From positions 1-59,286 of the forward strand of contig JYFJ02002321.1 of NCBI GenBank assembly GCA_000934665.2: a stretch of DNA of 59,286 bases, in the 5' to 3' direction. Shown here piece after piece: positions 37,859 to 51,498 of the stretch (position 1 is the stretch's first letter; each line of letters opens with the position of its first letter). Source of the DNA: Catajapyx aquilonaris (taxonomy: Eukaryota). The notes beneath the pieces were generated by a model that worked only from the letters and a program-made list of their open reading frames with translations, did no database searches and had not been told where the DNA came from. The translations under genes and the position numbers were made by a program.

Positions 37859-40739
37859 ATGTCATCTAAAATTCCATCTGCCAATGGGAAGGCCACGTGC
37901 TGGGAGGAGCTGGACCTGATGTCGGTTGTTGAACTCTCGCTTCAAGGAAGGTACTGTAAACCGAACGAAATTTATTGCTTTTTTATTTTTGAAAAATTCG
38001 GTTTTAGAGGTCGGTTTTTTTTATATCGCACTCGTGATCTAGACGCAACGTACTGTGTTATTGTGGTCTCGTGAATGTTACGGCAACAGTGACATAACAG
38101 TTAAAGCCCACGCAAACAGATTTTTGTGTGTGAATTGGTCAAATATTTACAACATCGATCTATAATTATTAAGCAAGAGTCAAATACATTCTGATATTGC
38201 TTGCTGGATGAGATTTGTGTACGTTGATGTGTTCATTTAAGAGTGGGAATTGCCTCCTATTTTCATTACGCATATTTTCAATTACGTATTAATTGTTTGT
38301 AAAAAAAAAGAGTGGAAATGGTGTCTCGTTGCGACCAATGAGCTCTCGTCGTTTTTTTTGTTTGTTTGAAAAATGTACTAAAGTTGTGAGGTATAATTTT
38401 CATGTCTTTTTGCACATTTTTGTCCGGAAAGTACACTTACTCATCAATAGTCTTTTTTTGTCACTGTGATTTTATTAGAATGGAAGGGAATCAGGGGGAA
38501 AACCACCCAACAGCTGTGCAGACGTTTGACCCAAAATTCTTTAGCCTATATTTGTGTCACTGCAGGAACCTCCTGGACATGGACGTGTTCTCAAAGTCCG
38601 ATCCTGTGTGCATAGTGTACCACCAGCCTTTCGGACAGACCCAATGGAAGGAGCTGACAAGGACCGAGTGCATCATCAACACGCTGAACCCCGATTGGCA
38701 GACCAAGGTGACCATCACATACCGGTTTGAGGAGCTGCAGATTCTCAAGTTCGACCTGTACGACTTGGACAGCGACAGTCCGGACCTGTCCCGACACGAC
38801 TTCCTGGGTACGGCCGAGTGTACCCTGAGCCGCATGGTGACCGCTGGAGTGCTGGTCCTGCAGCTGAAGAACCCGAAGCTGGGGTTGTACGACGGTGCGG
38901 CCGGTTCGTTGGTCATTACCTGCGAGGAGATGGGTTCGTCCAAGGATGACGTGGAGCTCAGGTTTGCCGGACGAGGCATCGACCAAAAGGAGGTGTCCTG
39001 CTGGGGGTCGTCGGTCAGTCCCTTCCTGGCCATACTCAAAGGGAACGAGTCCAGCCAGTACACCCTGGTCAGGCGAACCGACCCGGCCAAACGGAGCTGC
39101 AATCCAAACTGGAAGATGATGACCATACCGGTACGAAGCCTGTGCAACGGAGACTACGAGCGGCCTCTGAAGGTCGAGTGTTACCACTGGAAACGAAACG
39201 GAAACCACCGGTACATCGGAGAGTTCCACGTCACCCTCTTGCGTCTCGCACTCGGACCTGGATCCAACAACATCTTCCACGTCGTTGATCCAAAGAAACA
39301 GGTTCGTTATCAGCATAATAAATAAATAAATGGGCTCTTTCTACAGAATAATTGGTACACGAATGGAAATTCACACCAACAGCAACAAGTGGAAAGTAAT
39401 TTTTTTCCTAATAGGCTTATTCTCTCCGTCGGATGTTTGTCCGACCTGCTAGTATCGCTATTTCTCGCACGACCTGAGAGTGGCGGGAGTGTGCGCCATC
39501 TGTGACTGTAGAACTGTACTACGTGGTAAATCGGCGGGCCATCTCATTAAATTGGTTAATTGTCACTGTGATACTGATTATTATAGGTTTTGCCCAATTT
39601 TGGCAACAGGTTTATGATATGCCAGTTGACTTATTATTTTGTGCTTCCAGGGTAAATCAGGGTACACCCACTCGGGCGTGGTGCACCTGACGCACTTCAA
39701 TCTGCAGCCCAAGTACTCTTTCTTGGATTACGTCAGAGGCGGTACACAGATCAACTGCACCTTTGCCATCGATTTTACATGTTAGTGACTGACATCTTTT
39801 CTTCCTAGCAGGGAGACATTTTGCTGATAACTGATCTGTGTTGTTGTTTATCAGCATCGAATGGCGACCCGTTGGACCCAGCATCGTTGCATTACATCCA
39901 CCCTACCTTGCTGAACACATACGAGAAGGCCCTGTGCGCTGTAGGTGAGATCATCCAGGACTACGATTCGGACAAGCTCTTCCCGGTGCTTGGGTTCGGT
40001 GCCCGGATACCACCGGACGGACGGGTGAACCACGAGTTCTTCGTCAACATGAACCCGGAGTCTCCATACTGCGACAGGATCCAAGGAGTTCTCAAGGCCT
40101 ACAGACTCTGCATCAGGCAGATCAAGCTGCACGGGCCTACAAACTTCTCTCCAGTCATAAACCATGTGTCCAGGATAGCGTCCAACGTCACAGACGGATC
40201 AGAGTACTTCATACTGCTCATCATAACCGACGGCATCATCAACGACATGGAGATGACCAAGGAGGTACAGTACATACACATGATGTAGCAGGTCATTTTG
40301 CCATAGAACGTACGGCTCTGTTTCTGTCCGTTCGTGACCGGTACACATTTTGCACGAAAATATTTACTTCGTTATACAAGAGTAAAAACTCTGTAATTTC
40401 CAGGCCATAGTGAAGGCATCGGTGCTTCCACTGTCCATCATCATAATCGGAGTCGGCAGCACGGATTTTACGGCCATGGAAGAGCTGGACGGAGACATTG
40501 TGCCCATTTCGTACAGGGGAAAGAAAGTGGCCCGAGACATAGTTCAGTTCGTGCCCTTCCGAAACTTCGAGCAGAACTACGAAGGTCAAGCGGTCAGGCG
40601 TCGGCTGGCCAAAGAGGTGCTGCAGGAGATACCTGACCAGTTCCTCAGCTACATGAAGTCCATGAACATCAAGCCCAAACCACCTACATACAAGCCGGTC
40701 GTGCTGCCCCCTGACCCGGAGGTCATCGTGCTCGGGTGA
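37859..40739 (+). CDS. Copine (C2A-C2B-vWA), predicted 567 aa
   Basis: Exons 37859-37950, 38566-39301, 39651-39780, 39855-40264, 40404-40739 join in frame. Motifs VELSLQGRNLLDMDVFSKSDP, YSFLDYVRGG..AIDFTSSNGDP, DYDSDKLFPVLGFGA, GPTNFSPVI, ITDG, RDIVQFVPF. Confidence 0.95.
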
Positions 40740-42570
40740 CCTCTCACCCGACAATTGACCGGGACCTGCACTAAATTGGAATGGACCGCACATGCTGGAC
40801 TCTGTGAGAGTTTTTGTGGTTGGTGATGCAAATGACGACAGGAAAATTATGTGTGACCAGTCTTGTTCGGTGATGAATAAATTCGAATGTCCATTTTTGT
40901 CTGGCAACTTTTTTTATTCGGGTCACGTTGTACTCAAACGTGTGTTTCAGAATTTAGCTCACATCCGCGTAGATTGAATTTTTGCGATTCACGTCACCTC
41001 ACCACTGGCATATTGGTTGGCATAGGCAACGCATACATAATTAGATTTATAGGTAGAGTTTGAAATATTTCTGCCTCCATTATTGGGACAACTTTATTGC
41101 CATTTTTTTCGGCTTATTTTTCTTCCGTCGTCATCCCTTTTGAACTGAGGATTTGGATAGGCAAATTTCCTTCTAAGCAAATTGTTTTAAATTGCGAAGA
41201 AACTATATGCGACTAGTTGGTTCAAAATTGATTTTTATTAGGCTGTATTTGCGTCCTTTGAAAAATATACTAATCAAATTGGGATAAAATATTTAGCAGC
41301 TATCCTTCTTAGAGTATAAAATGTGTCACGATCGAACAGGCCAGCCCCAGGTAATCCTTCCTACAGGGGAAAAAAAAAGTTCCTATGAGCCTCTGCATGT
41401 CACGTGACTCGAGCCTCGCTTTGGGCTTATCTTCCTCCTGAAGGCATAAAAATGGGCTGGTCAGCGTGACTTCTCTTTATTCGCCAGATTGTTGTCGGGG
41501 TGATCGGAAGGTCCACCAGCGAGAACACTTCCCACCCATCAAGTCAGTGGTGAGTGATACAGGGTGTTTCACGATGTCCATCATTTTCACGTACTTTTTC
41601 CTCCCTATACAGAGTGCCATCCTAAAGGAGACGATCATCTGCCTGCCCCATCTGACCCCCCATTTGATGTCAACCACCGCTGGAGTGTAAGGTGACTTGC
41701 AGACGAGAAAGGCCCCACTCGGACAATGGTCCAACACAAGACACTTCCAGGTTCCCACACACTCGTCTTGTGAGAGGTTTGGTAATATGGCATCGGTGGG
41801 TCGGACCCTCGGACCGATGCTCCAAACGTGTCTCTTGCAGACGTGTTGTGTCAATATTAATTACACTTTTTTTCTGGTTATCGTACACCAATCGGCCAAA
41901 TATTGCGGACATATATAGGTCATGAACAATTGTCCGTACTGGCATGCGGTGGCATGCTTGGCTGAGTGTGTACTACGTGATAGGGATGTGGGGAGGAAGT
42001 GCATATGGCGTGGAGGTCGTCTGGCTGCAGTCATTTTTGGTGGGTTTAGTGTTCAAGGCAGGTCAAGTCAGGTCAAGGTCAATCAGACGGCAGCTGAAGA
42101 GGCGGCTGAGGAAACGCAGCACTTCCGCCTGGGAAGGACTTGGGGTCAAAAGGTCAGAGGAGCTGTTTTGGTCTCCTCCGATCAGATCCGAGGCCTTCCC
42201 AGGGTGATATGTTATGAGTGGAGCCTTTCTAATAAATTCAGGGGGGGAGGGACGCGTTATTTGAGCAGTCCGGCCATTGTTGATGGGAATGGCATTGTTG
42301 GATCAGACATGCCGAAAGTAATGTCATGTAAGGCCGACTAGGGGGTGGGGGGTTGGATGGGTGGGGGGTCCATTTGACAAAAAAAAGCATTTTTCTAATT
42401 TGGTTCCTGTCTTTCCAGTTTACTGGTGCCTGACATCCCATTGTTGCAAATCCGGTACGAGGAGACCTTTTGTGAGATTGCCATCAGTAACTGTGGGCCA
42501 GTCTAATTGGAAGTGGGATTCACGGCCTGACGTGTCCGTGAATTCTATTGCAATTATTGAACGGCCAAAA

Positions 42571-42711
42571 GGGGCTTTTTTTGTCATATTGCGGTTGCAG
42601 TTATGGTTGAACGAGACGAATATTTGTCGCGTACGTGTTAGGTTAGGCGTTAGGTCATATTCGCCTCGATTAGCCAAACTGCAACACGGAAATGTGACAA
42701 AAAAAGCCCTG
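42571..42711. repeat. MITE-like imperfect inverted repeat
   Basis: gggcttttttgtcatatt..gttgcagtt..cgagacgaata / tattcgcctcg..aactgcaac..aatgtgacaaaaaaagccc. Confidence 0.6.
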
Positions 42712-44254
42712 TAACTATAGTTGTAGCAATTTATTTTGATGATTACGGTATTTGAAAATGTGCTAATATTGCTAGTTGAATTTTTCAGGTGCAGTTGGTC
42801 CTAGCTGGACGTATAGCGTAGGCCCTACGTAATGTATCCTTTTATTAGTAACTCATTTTGCCGACTTGGGTGTATAATTTCTTCTTTTTTTTGCAGAATG
42901 TCTTCAGTGCAGAAATCATTCCGGATATGAGAGCTAAAAAAATGTGCCGGAATCCATAAATCTGACCAAGGACAACGCTCTCGGCGAGATGACTAGCATG
43001 GTAAGTGATAATCTCGTGTATGATTTATTTCTACTAATGTCGATTCACTTTCAGAAACTGCAATAAATGATGGAATTAGAGGTCGGTGGTGATGCAGCAA
43101 GTGAAAGCTCCGTATCCCGTTTGATCGTATCTGGCTATACAACTCTCAACAAATGCAGCACGTGGGAACAAGGCAGCATGCTTCATAAGAGGTATGTAAA
43201 TAACGAGCAATTATGCATGGTCACTCATACACTTTTGCATTTTCAGATGGCAGTGGCTGCTAGACCTACTACGACGCCATTTCCACCATACGTTGGATAA
43301 TGTACCAGAATAATTACAATTCTGCAGTGCCTCTTAGGTAAGATAACTACTGTGGAGGGAAGGGTTGGGTCCATTGAACAAATGTTTCTGATTGGAAGGA
43401 AAGGGGGAGGAAGTTGAGCGCTCGACTTTCACTGCCTTCCTTTGCTTATCAGTCACATTTGCTGCTTTGTAATAATTGGGAATAATTACTCATGTAAAGG
43501 CACTTATTGCAGTCACCTGTGTTATGAGCAACTGTCAATAAATTGACTTGAAAATATTTGATTTTTGTTAATCAGAATCAGCGGCATTGCTGGTCAGTCC
43601 TGTGATGTAAAAAAAATTTGTGCAATAAATACTAATATTGGCATAATGTTTTCTGCAATGAAACCCTCTGCTTCACATGTGGCATCATGCGAGGGTGTTA
43701 GTACAACCCACTTGTCTCCTGCATTACTTGGTCGTAATGCAAACTGAATTCCACAGGCTACATCAAATAACTAGTAGCGCACTTAAAAAGTAGGTCAGAA
43801 AAAAACTGGACATAATTATGATCACCAGTGCGTTTAATTCCAATCCTGTTTGTTTCCCGCCCGCACTGAAATAAACGCATGCGCATTGTCTAAAAATCTT
43901 CTGCATGTAAGCCGCCATATTGGAGCTCTGTCCTGTTCCGCCATCTGATTGGTCACTTGAGAGGTCGGCACGACGACCAAGGTACGCTATACGCATCTCA
44001 ACTGTTATTTTGTCTGTCACCCTGATTAGTGTGTTTACTTATTCCAGCTTCACTACATGAGTAGCCAATCACATTCGTGTTTACAATGAGCGCATGCGTA
44101 GTGAGTAGCAAGCTGGCGCGTGTAAACATTTTATCTCCCCTAGCGCCGCTAGCGGCGTTGGAGTGAAGCTCGTGAGAAGTGAAGGAGAAAAAAAGGAGAG
44201 AGAAAGAAAAAAATCTGGTTTGGAACACGGCTGGAAAATTCGGCCTGAAAAATC

Positions 44255-45411
44255 ATGGCGTCTTCTGCAGGGTCTTCGTTCCTTCGAGGGGTGAGGCAGG
44301 TCAAGCCCATCCTCTCCGTGGACCGAGGGGAGGCCAGGAGGAGGGTGCTCAACCTCTACAAGGCCTGGTACAGGCAGATACCACACATTGGTAAGGATGC
44401 TGCTGGTCGAAGGAGCACAGGGAATTGTTAGAATGTAAGGTGTTTGATGCTGACCCCAAGTGCAGGGTCATACATGGACTGGTACTAGGCAGAACGGGAG
44501 ACGGCCCAGCTGAAGTTGCGTAATGATGGTTTGGTCATGTAAACACTCATTCTTAACGAAACACTTCAAATGGCCCATCTGTTCGCTTCATTGTTGATAT
44601 TGGTCGGCTAGACAAACAGTGTTCCTGACTCCCATCATAATTAGAATGAAACACATGTTATTGTCGGCATTGTTGGCAACTTTTGCAGATAGCTTTCGAC
44701 CAATTGCTCCCAAGCGTGGAAGTAGCGTAGTTATGGTGTCACGTAGTAGCTCCTTTTTCCGCACTAATCCGCTGTTTGTTTTGCCAGTGATGGACTACGA
44801 CATCCCCAAATCTATTGAGCAGTGTAGAGAAAAGCTGCGGGAAGAGTTTCTGCGCAACAAGAGTGTGACTGACATACGTGTCATAGACATGCTGGTTGTT
44901 AAGGTAATTATCTCAAATTTTGTGGGATGTGATCTGGTTCAGACCAATTCGAGAAGTGAAAATCATTTCATGCAGTTAATTAAAGAATGTAATATGCAGT
45001 TACTTTCTGGTCATGACATGAAGAGTAAAGATTTTAATTGCGGTACTTCACAAGTGAATGAAGTAATAATAAATGTAAATTGTTGACTGATTGATTGAAG
45101 GACCTCGGTTATAGCAGACTTTTTTCCGCGGTCCTGTGAAGACTGTTATATCTGGAATCAGCTGGATTTGATTTTATGAAAAGTAATGCGTAGGTTTTGA
45201 GAGAGAAGTCCCATGTTTTTGACACCGTTAGCATGAGACGTGATGTCCGTTTTTAATCGTAATCAATTTCTGAATGATCCAGGGTCAGATGGAGCTGAAA
45301 GAGACTGTTCAGATCTGGAAGCAGAAGGGTCACGTGATGATGTACTTCAAGGACTACATTGAGCCCAAACCAAAGGACTTCCTATCCAAGTTCTACTCAG
45401 GACAAGAATAG
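44255..45411 (+). CDS. NDUFA6: NADH dehydrogenase [ubiquinone] 1 alpha subcomplex subunit 6 (LYR family), predicted 126 aa
   Basis: Exons 44255-44390, 44788-44903, 45283-45411: [75 protein letters not shown]. Confidence 0.95.
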
Positions 45412-45845
45412 GCTTGAAAAAAAAAAAAAAGGGAAGAGTCATTGTTGCATAGGATTGTACAGTAGAGAAAGGTTATTAAAACATTATTTACCATTCACTG
45501 CCTGCCATTACAAAAATCATGCCTTGTCATTTTTATTCCTCACTAGTGTTAATATGGGACAATTGCATGACTCCGTTGTAGCTGTGGATTATTAGCCTCG
45601 GTATAGTTAAAGTACAAAATTTGTAATGAAGTGGTACTTAATGAACTCATTAGCGCATTTTTTATTATAATTAAGTTTGAAGGCATAACTCATGTCTATT
45701 TCTTTTCGTTCATTTGAAAACAATTTGTATAATCAATAGGCTGTTGCATTACGGGCACTCATGAGCTCTTGCTTTGTTGGTTACATCACAAACCTGTGTA
45801 TGAAAAGTCCTGCAATTAATTATTATTGTAGATATGATGTAGGCC

Positions 45846-48706
45846 CTATTTAGGCAGTAGTGGCTCCAATGGGATATACAGGTCTCTGCACAAGGTGGAA
45901 TACGACATTGGCATTTGCTTCCCACCATCCTGTGATCTGCAGGAAGATCTTGCCTCATAGTCCAAGGCAATTGTTCGAACCACTTGGGTCATCACTTGTT
46001 GGTACTCGAGACCACTGGATCTCCTCATGATGGAGCACAGGGCCTGGATGAAGACGGAACCTCCTCCTTCATCTCTAAATGAGCGGTATCCAAGCATTGT
46101 AGCAAATGTGACGTGCAAGTCTGGTTGCGTGAATTGCAAGATGGTGCCATTATAGCCGGCTGTGGTGGACAAAGGACCAATATCATGTGGCTCAGGAAAC
46201 TGGGAGGTCTCATAGGTTGGTTGGAAATCAACGTTGCCATGTGCTACCAACTGTCCCTGGTCTACAGCACTTCCGCGACAAGCCTGCGTAAAAAAGAGAA
46301 GCCTTATTTCATCATCATCAGCAAGACACTGTAAAAGTAGGGTAACTCTGTGATATAAATTCTACACAGGTAATGCATAACATGGAGTGTAAGTAGACTT
46401 CTCTTACATGATAAGCCTCTCTCTAATCCTTTCAAATGCCTTGCAGGACATCACTTACCTGGATTAAGAATAGCTTGGGTTTCCCTGCTAGCGTTGGGCA
46501 GAGATGATCCGCAAATGGCACCCAGAGCTCCTCCGGCCTGTACACTCCGTCACTAGCACAGAGCCAGTCTTCTGCACCATGTGTAAGGACAACCACTACT
46601 AGCAAGTCATAGGACGAATGGTCATCGAGCGACTCTGTGGGTGACGAGGAATATGTGGCATGTGAGTAAACGAGCCACTGAACTTCATTGTGCTTCCAAG
46701 CTCGTAACGCAGCACCTTCTAATGCCACCCACTGCCCAAACGTGATAACTTGGGGAAGTAAGGTGCAGCGTTATCATCTCTATATATAAGAGCAATACCT
46801 GTCAGAAGTGCATCTGAGATCCATTCACGGTCCATGTTGTTAAGGATTTGTATGTTCATTCTCATGCTCTTGAATAGCTTTTGTAATGCGACCACATCTG
46901 CTCTTGATTCTCGCTGATCAAAAGTGTTGTTGATGATCAGAGCCTTTCCTCTCCTCTTGCCCGGGGCTAGGTCTCTCATATGGTAGGGAGAGAAGTCGAG
47001 GCATTTGTCTTCCCTCTGAGCACTTTCTTTTTCCACTATTGGTGCCTTTGTATTGTTTCTGGACCTGTCTGCATAAGCATATAGACATTATGTTATGCCC
47101 TTGTTGGACTAGTTCTGCATTTATTAGCACCAGTAATGCTTTAAGTTGCACATAATTGTGACGGATTGTAGACAACTATAATACCTCGAATTGGCCCAGT
47201 AATGTGTCGCCTGCCTTTATTGTTTAATTTTATTGTTGAAAGTCACTTGTTGCCATTGGGGCATCAGTACCAAAGTACTGTTGACGCTATTATAAACAGC
47301 TTTTGGTCACTAAACTGCATGCATTTACATTTTTATTGGGCCTCTTATCCTTTTGTGTTCTGGAGGCAGGTACAATAGGAAAGTCTTTTTCGCTAGGAGG
47401 ACAGTGGCACTAATTCAAGTACGTATATTTCACAGGTCATCAGTAGCGACTCACTTTTCTTCTGGCGAGAATTGCTCGATGTTGACAACAGGCACAGCCT
47501 CTTCCACACAGAAACATTTCGACGCTCTGGATGAACCACCTGTTAATGAGTAATGAGTAAGTTGAGTTTAAATATAGTTAAGTCCGTCAAGAAGCAGCAG
47601 ATGAAAACATACACAAGAAGTACCTTGCATGCATCCAGATTCTAGTAAGAGATTTGCACAAATAGTAATCACACACAAGAACACTTGGGTAATTAATTTC
47701 ATCTTCATTTAATTTTTTTTGCAGGGAGAAATGTCTCAAAAGCAATACAAGGAAAGAGTAGGAAAGAAAATAGAGCTCTAATTTGTATAACAATAACTTC
47801 ACCTTGTGTTCTTGTGTTGTGATTTGACTTGTGTTTTCTGGTTCCATGCAGTATTTTTCTATGGACACTGCTGTATTTGTCACGACCAACTCTTCTGTAT
47901 TGTTTGGTTACCGGGCATATGTGAGGTGAGGTGAGGGAGGGCATAAATGACGGATGATAATTTTTGTAAAGGGGCCAATATAGCAGTTTGCGTCATGCCC
48001 ACATTTGATATGTTATCGCCATAGCAAACTGAAACTGGGCTATGTCGCACTTTTTTGAAATACTGTGCAACATCTGGTGTAGACTTTGAACACTTTTTAT
48101 TCGTGGGATTATTTTGAAGGTCATAATAAGTTACTCAAATAAATTAGGGTGTGCATGCAAGTGTGACTTGCAAAGAAGGGGCACTGTTTTTCAAAAGCCT
48201 TTCACTATGACCCACTCTGGTCAACTTTGGAACCTTCTCCCATGATTGTATTATTTGCCAGAAAATATTTAATGGCCTACTACTTGAATTTTTAATCAGT
48301 TTTTTGTGGTTCATTTTGAGAGTCACTGATATATAGGGAGACAGTTATACTGGTATTTTCCAGATAATTCTACCTTATCATCATGATAATAACTAGCGAA
48401 ATATGTTCTCGGTATTGGACTAGTGGAATGTTAATGGTTTTCCCCATATGCGTACATAGACAGTATTGGACATAAGGCCATTTATTTTTTGTAGGCTATT
48501 ATATCCAACAGCACTGGCTATGCCTGCAAGTAAATCACTACCTTAATAACAGCTACTTATCTGGTATAATATGCTAATAGTTCATCCACTGTGTTATCAG
48601 GACTTGATTAATGTACAAAGGAAAGTGAAAATATCGTTTGAATTATTTAAAAGTAATATCATGTATCTAGAGTTGAATATGATCTTACCTCGGCCTTACT
48701 AGTCAT
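45846..48706 (-). CDS. Short-prodomain caspase A, catalytic dyad intact, predicted 328 aa
   Basis: Exons 48706-48689, 47539-47455, 47068-46799, 46634-46459, 46283-45846 join in frame. Motifs RRGKALIINN, VLTHG, LAGKPKLFLIQ|ACRG, SFR..GSVFIQALC, KQMP..STL. The first two exons are less certain. Confidence 0.88.
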
Positions 48707-49667
48707 GATGGGATCCACAGCCAAACAAGCTGTTATCAGGAGTAGGCCTGAACTTTAAGCTTCTTTGACATGTGATAAGTTTAATCATTGGGGTTAGCAA
48801 TATCTTCTAATTTATAATTTTAGCAATCTAGCTATACTTAATTTATAATACAGTGTGACTGAAATTTTGATATTTAAAATGCACTAGTTAAGAACATCAG
48901 AAGTAGTATGTGCAGATTAATTCAGTTTGAGAAACCTTGTGTTCCAGGAATTGGGTCTGGCGTAGTTATCATAGCGATAGTGAGATTAGATATATTTGAA
49001 GGAGAGTTCATATTGATTCAACTTTATCAGTTACTGCCAGGTGGCATGAGAAGGTTAAAAAATTCATGTCAATTTTTCAAAGCGATGCACCATAAGTAGG
49101 ATTTTTGTGTAGCATACATTGAAAGCCAAAACAATCTCCCAGGTTCACATCTCATTAGTCAAAGAGTTATCCTGATGCCTCAATGTGAACTTTACGCCCC
49201 AACTTGTCGTCACCAGCAGAGGTCTCTGAAAGCTATGCGAATGGAGGGTCTGGGTGTGACGAAAAGTTTGCAGATTGCGTGTCGTTAGTCTAGTGGCGAT
49301 AGTGGCAGCTTCTATACTAGCAGGTGGAATACTACCATCCACATTTCGAGTGATTGAGACTGAATTTTAAGAAAACCCTTAGTGGAATAATCCTGGCCAA
49401 CCAAATTCACAAGAATTTAATGCCTCATTGTTCAACATGGTTCATCTTTTGAAAGAGAAGCCTAGAGTTTAGAATCATCGTAATTGGTGTAAAGTACCTC
49501 ATCAAGTGAGTTTCTTGGGTTTGTTTGCTTCTGTAGATATATGACATGCAATAACATCATTCGTAGTTTTTATGGTGTACAGTTTATATTTGAATGGAGC
49601 AAAAATAAAAATGCAAATTTACCTTTTGATTTGCCATTTCAGAGCTGCCATTTGTCAAGAGGACAGC

Positions 49668-50955
49668 ATGAGCAAGAACCATGAGGCAAGCAGCAAAGGC
49701 AGTGCTGGCGGAGGAGAAGATAGGTGGGGTTGCAAAGGAATCTTAATTTTTGTTCTTGTCAAAGACCATCTGCATGCTAACAATATGCCTACTTACAGTT
49801 AGCCTGCAATTTGTCTGAATTTGGGTTGATGCAAAATCAGATCTAAAGATGTTGACTGAGGCATTTAATCTTATTATACCAATTGTTGTCAATGATAAGC
49901 GTATTTGACATTGCACCATTTTAAAATATAAATAATGGGTGATTATTGTTTTAGATTTTAATTTGTGTGGATTCCTGATAAGTTGTATTACAAGCAGTGA
50001 CTCTTACTTCAGTGTTGATGGTGGTCAAAATATTCAGCATGTGCCAGGGACTATAAATTCAGACAAGTATGACATGCCTGGGCATCGCAAGGGGCGTGTA
50101 CTAATACTGTGCAAGAGGGACAGTGCTGGTCGCCTTGCATGCCAACTGGAAATAAGACTGAAGCGTCTGGGATTTAAAGTCAAGGTGTGCCACGACTTGT
50201 CAGCAGCGAAAGTGAAAGAAATGGTTGAAAATTGTGAGTTGGAACATGTGACTTCACATTAATTTCATAATCATTTAGTTTTTTTTTCTGATTGATTTTT
50301 TGTTCATATGTTACAGTGTCTAGGAAGGACTTCAGGAAATGGGGGTGTGTGCTTGTGGCAGTATTAACTTCAGGGAGGGGTGAGCATCTTCGTGCCAGCG
50401 ACTGTTCGTACAAACCATCCATTCTGTGGGATCCGTTCCTGCCTGGCAACTGTCCCTCGCTTACTGGAAAGCCAAAATTATTCCTGATATGTGTGAGTCT
50501 GAAATGTAAGTGTTGGGGCTAATTTTTCTTAGTATTAAATATTGTTTGTTTACAGACTCTTCAAGAAAATGTGCCCTGTGATGCAGTGGATGGCAGGAAC
50601 AGCCGCATCTCTAACGGCACTATTGAGTGTAAGCTGCCGACACACGCTGACTTCATGACGCTTTATTCAGCCAACTTAGGTAAGAACCTTTCACTTTATT
50701 CAAATGCCAGCGTCATTGTTATCATACTTGTTTTGGGTCACATCAGATGACAAACGCTGGTCTTGGCCAGTGAAGGCCTTGTGCATGCTTCTTGGTTACA
50801 ACCAGATGTCCCAAGAGGAAGACCTGCTGAGCATGCTGTCGGTTGCACAACGTATGATGGATCACTGGGCCGCAGGCAGTGGCACTACTCCGGCTGTGCC
50901 ATTCTGTGTGAGCTCCATGCTCACTAGGGATTTGGTTTTCGCTAAGAGCAGATAG
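49668..50955 (+). CDS. Catalytically inactive caspase homolog (pseudo-caspase B), predicted 261 aa
   Basis: Exons 49668-49723, 50013-50233, 50317-50492, 50556-50679, 50747-50955 join without stops. Fold motifs YDM..RKGRVLI, LGFKV, CPSLTGKPKLFLI, LPTHADF and SMLTRDLVF are kept, but THG is TSG and QACRG is CTLQE. Confidence 0.85.
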
Positions 50956-51498
50956 GGGTAAAAAACAAAAAGGACTCGGAATTTTTCTGCACTCACTCCC
51001 TCACTAATGAATATTTGGCCTTGGAACTTTACCTATATTTACAGTATTAAATTTTTTGCTCAGTGCAGAAAGGTCAAAATCATACTTTTTTCTGGTATCT
51101 TTGGCAAGAAGGAGACGGCCAAAGTGTGCTCCACGAAGCTTCTCCAAGCGATTCTCGAACTCCAGTCTAGACTCCACACAAAGTTCAGGCGTACCTGTAC
51201 ACTAATAAATAATGACTATACTTCCTGCACATATTCATTTATTCGATTCATTTACTTTGATGCCATTTTCATTCCAGTCCTTTCTCTTGAAAAATTATCA
51301 AATAATAAACGGCATATGAAAAGTTGGACATGGAAATCACAGGTGCAAGTGTCTGACTTTTTTTTTGTGAACCTGGTTCAGCTGGGATTGAAAGAAGACG
51401 AGAAATTACTTTTACAGTAACTGAGCAGCGTTAGGGAAGTGACAAATTTTCTGAATATTAATGTGGCAAAAAAGCTACTTGTCCTTGCTTCCCTGAGT

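Noticed and set aside
38557..40907. Minus-strand ORFs of 196, 241 and 204 aa
   Set aside because: Antisense shadows of copine exons.
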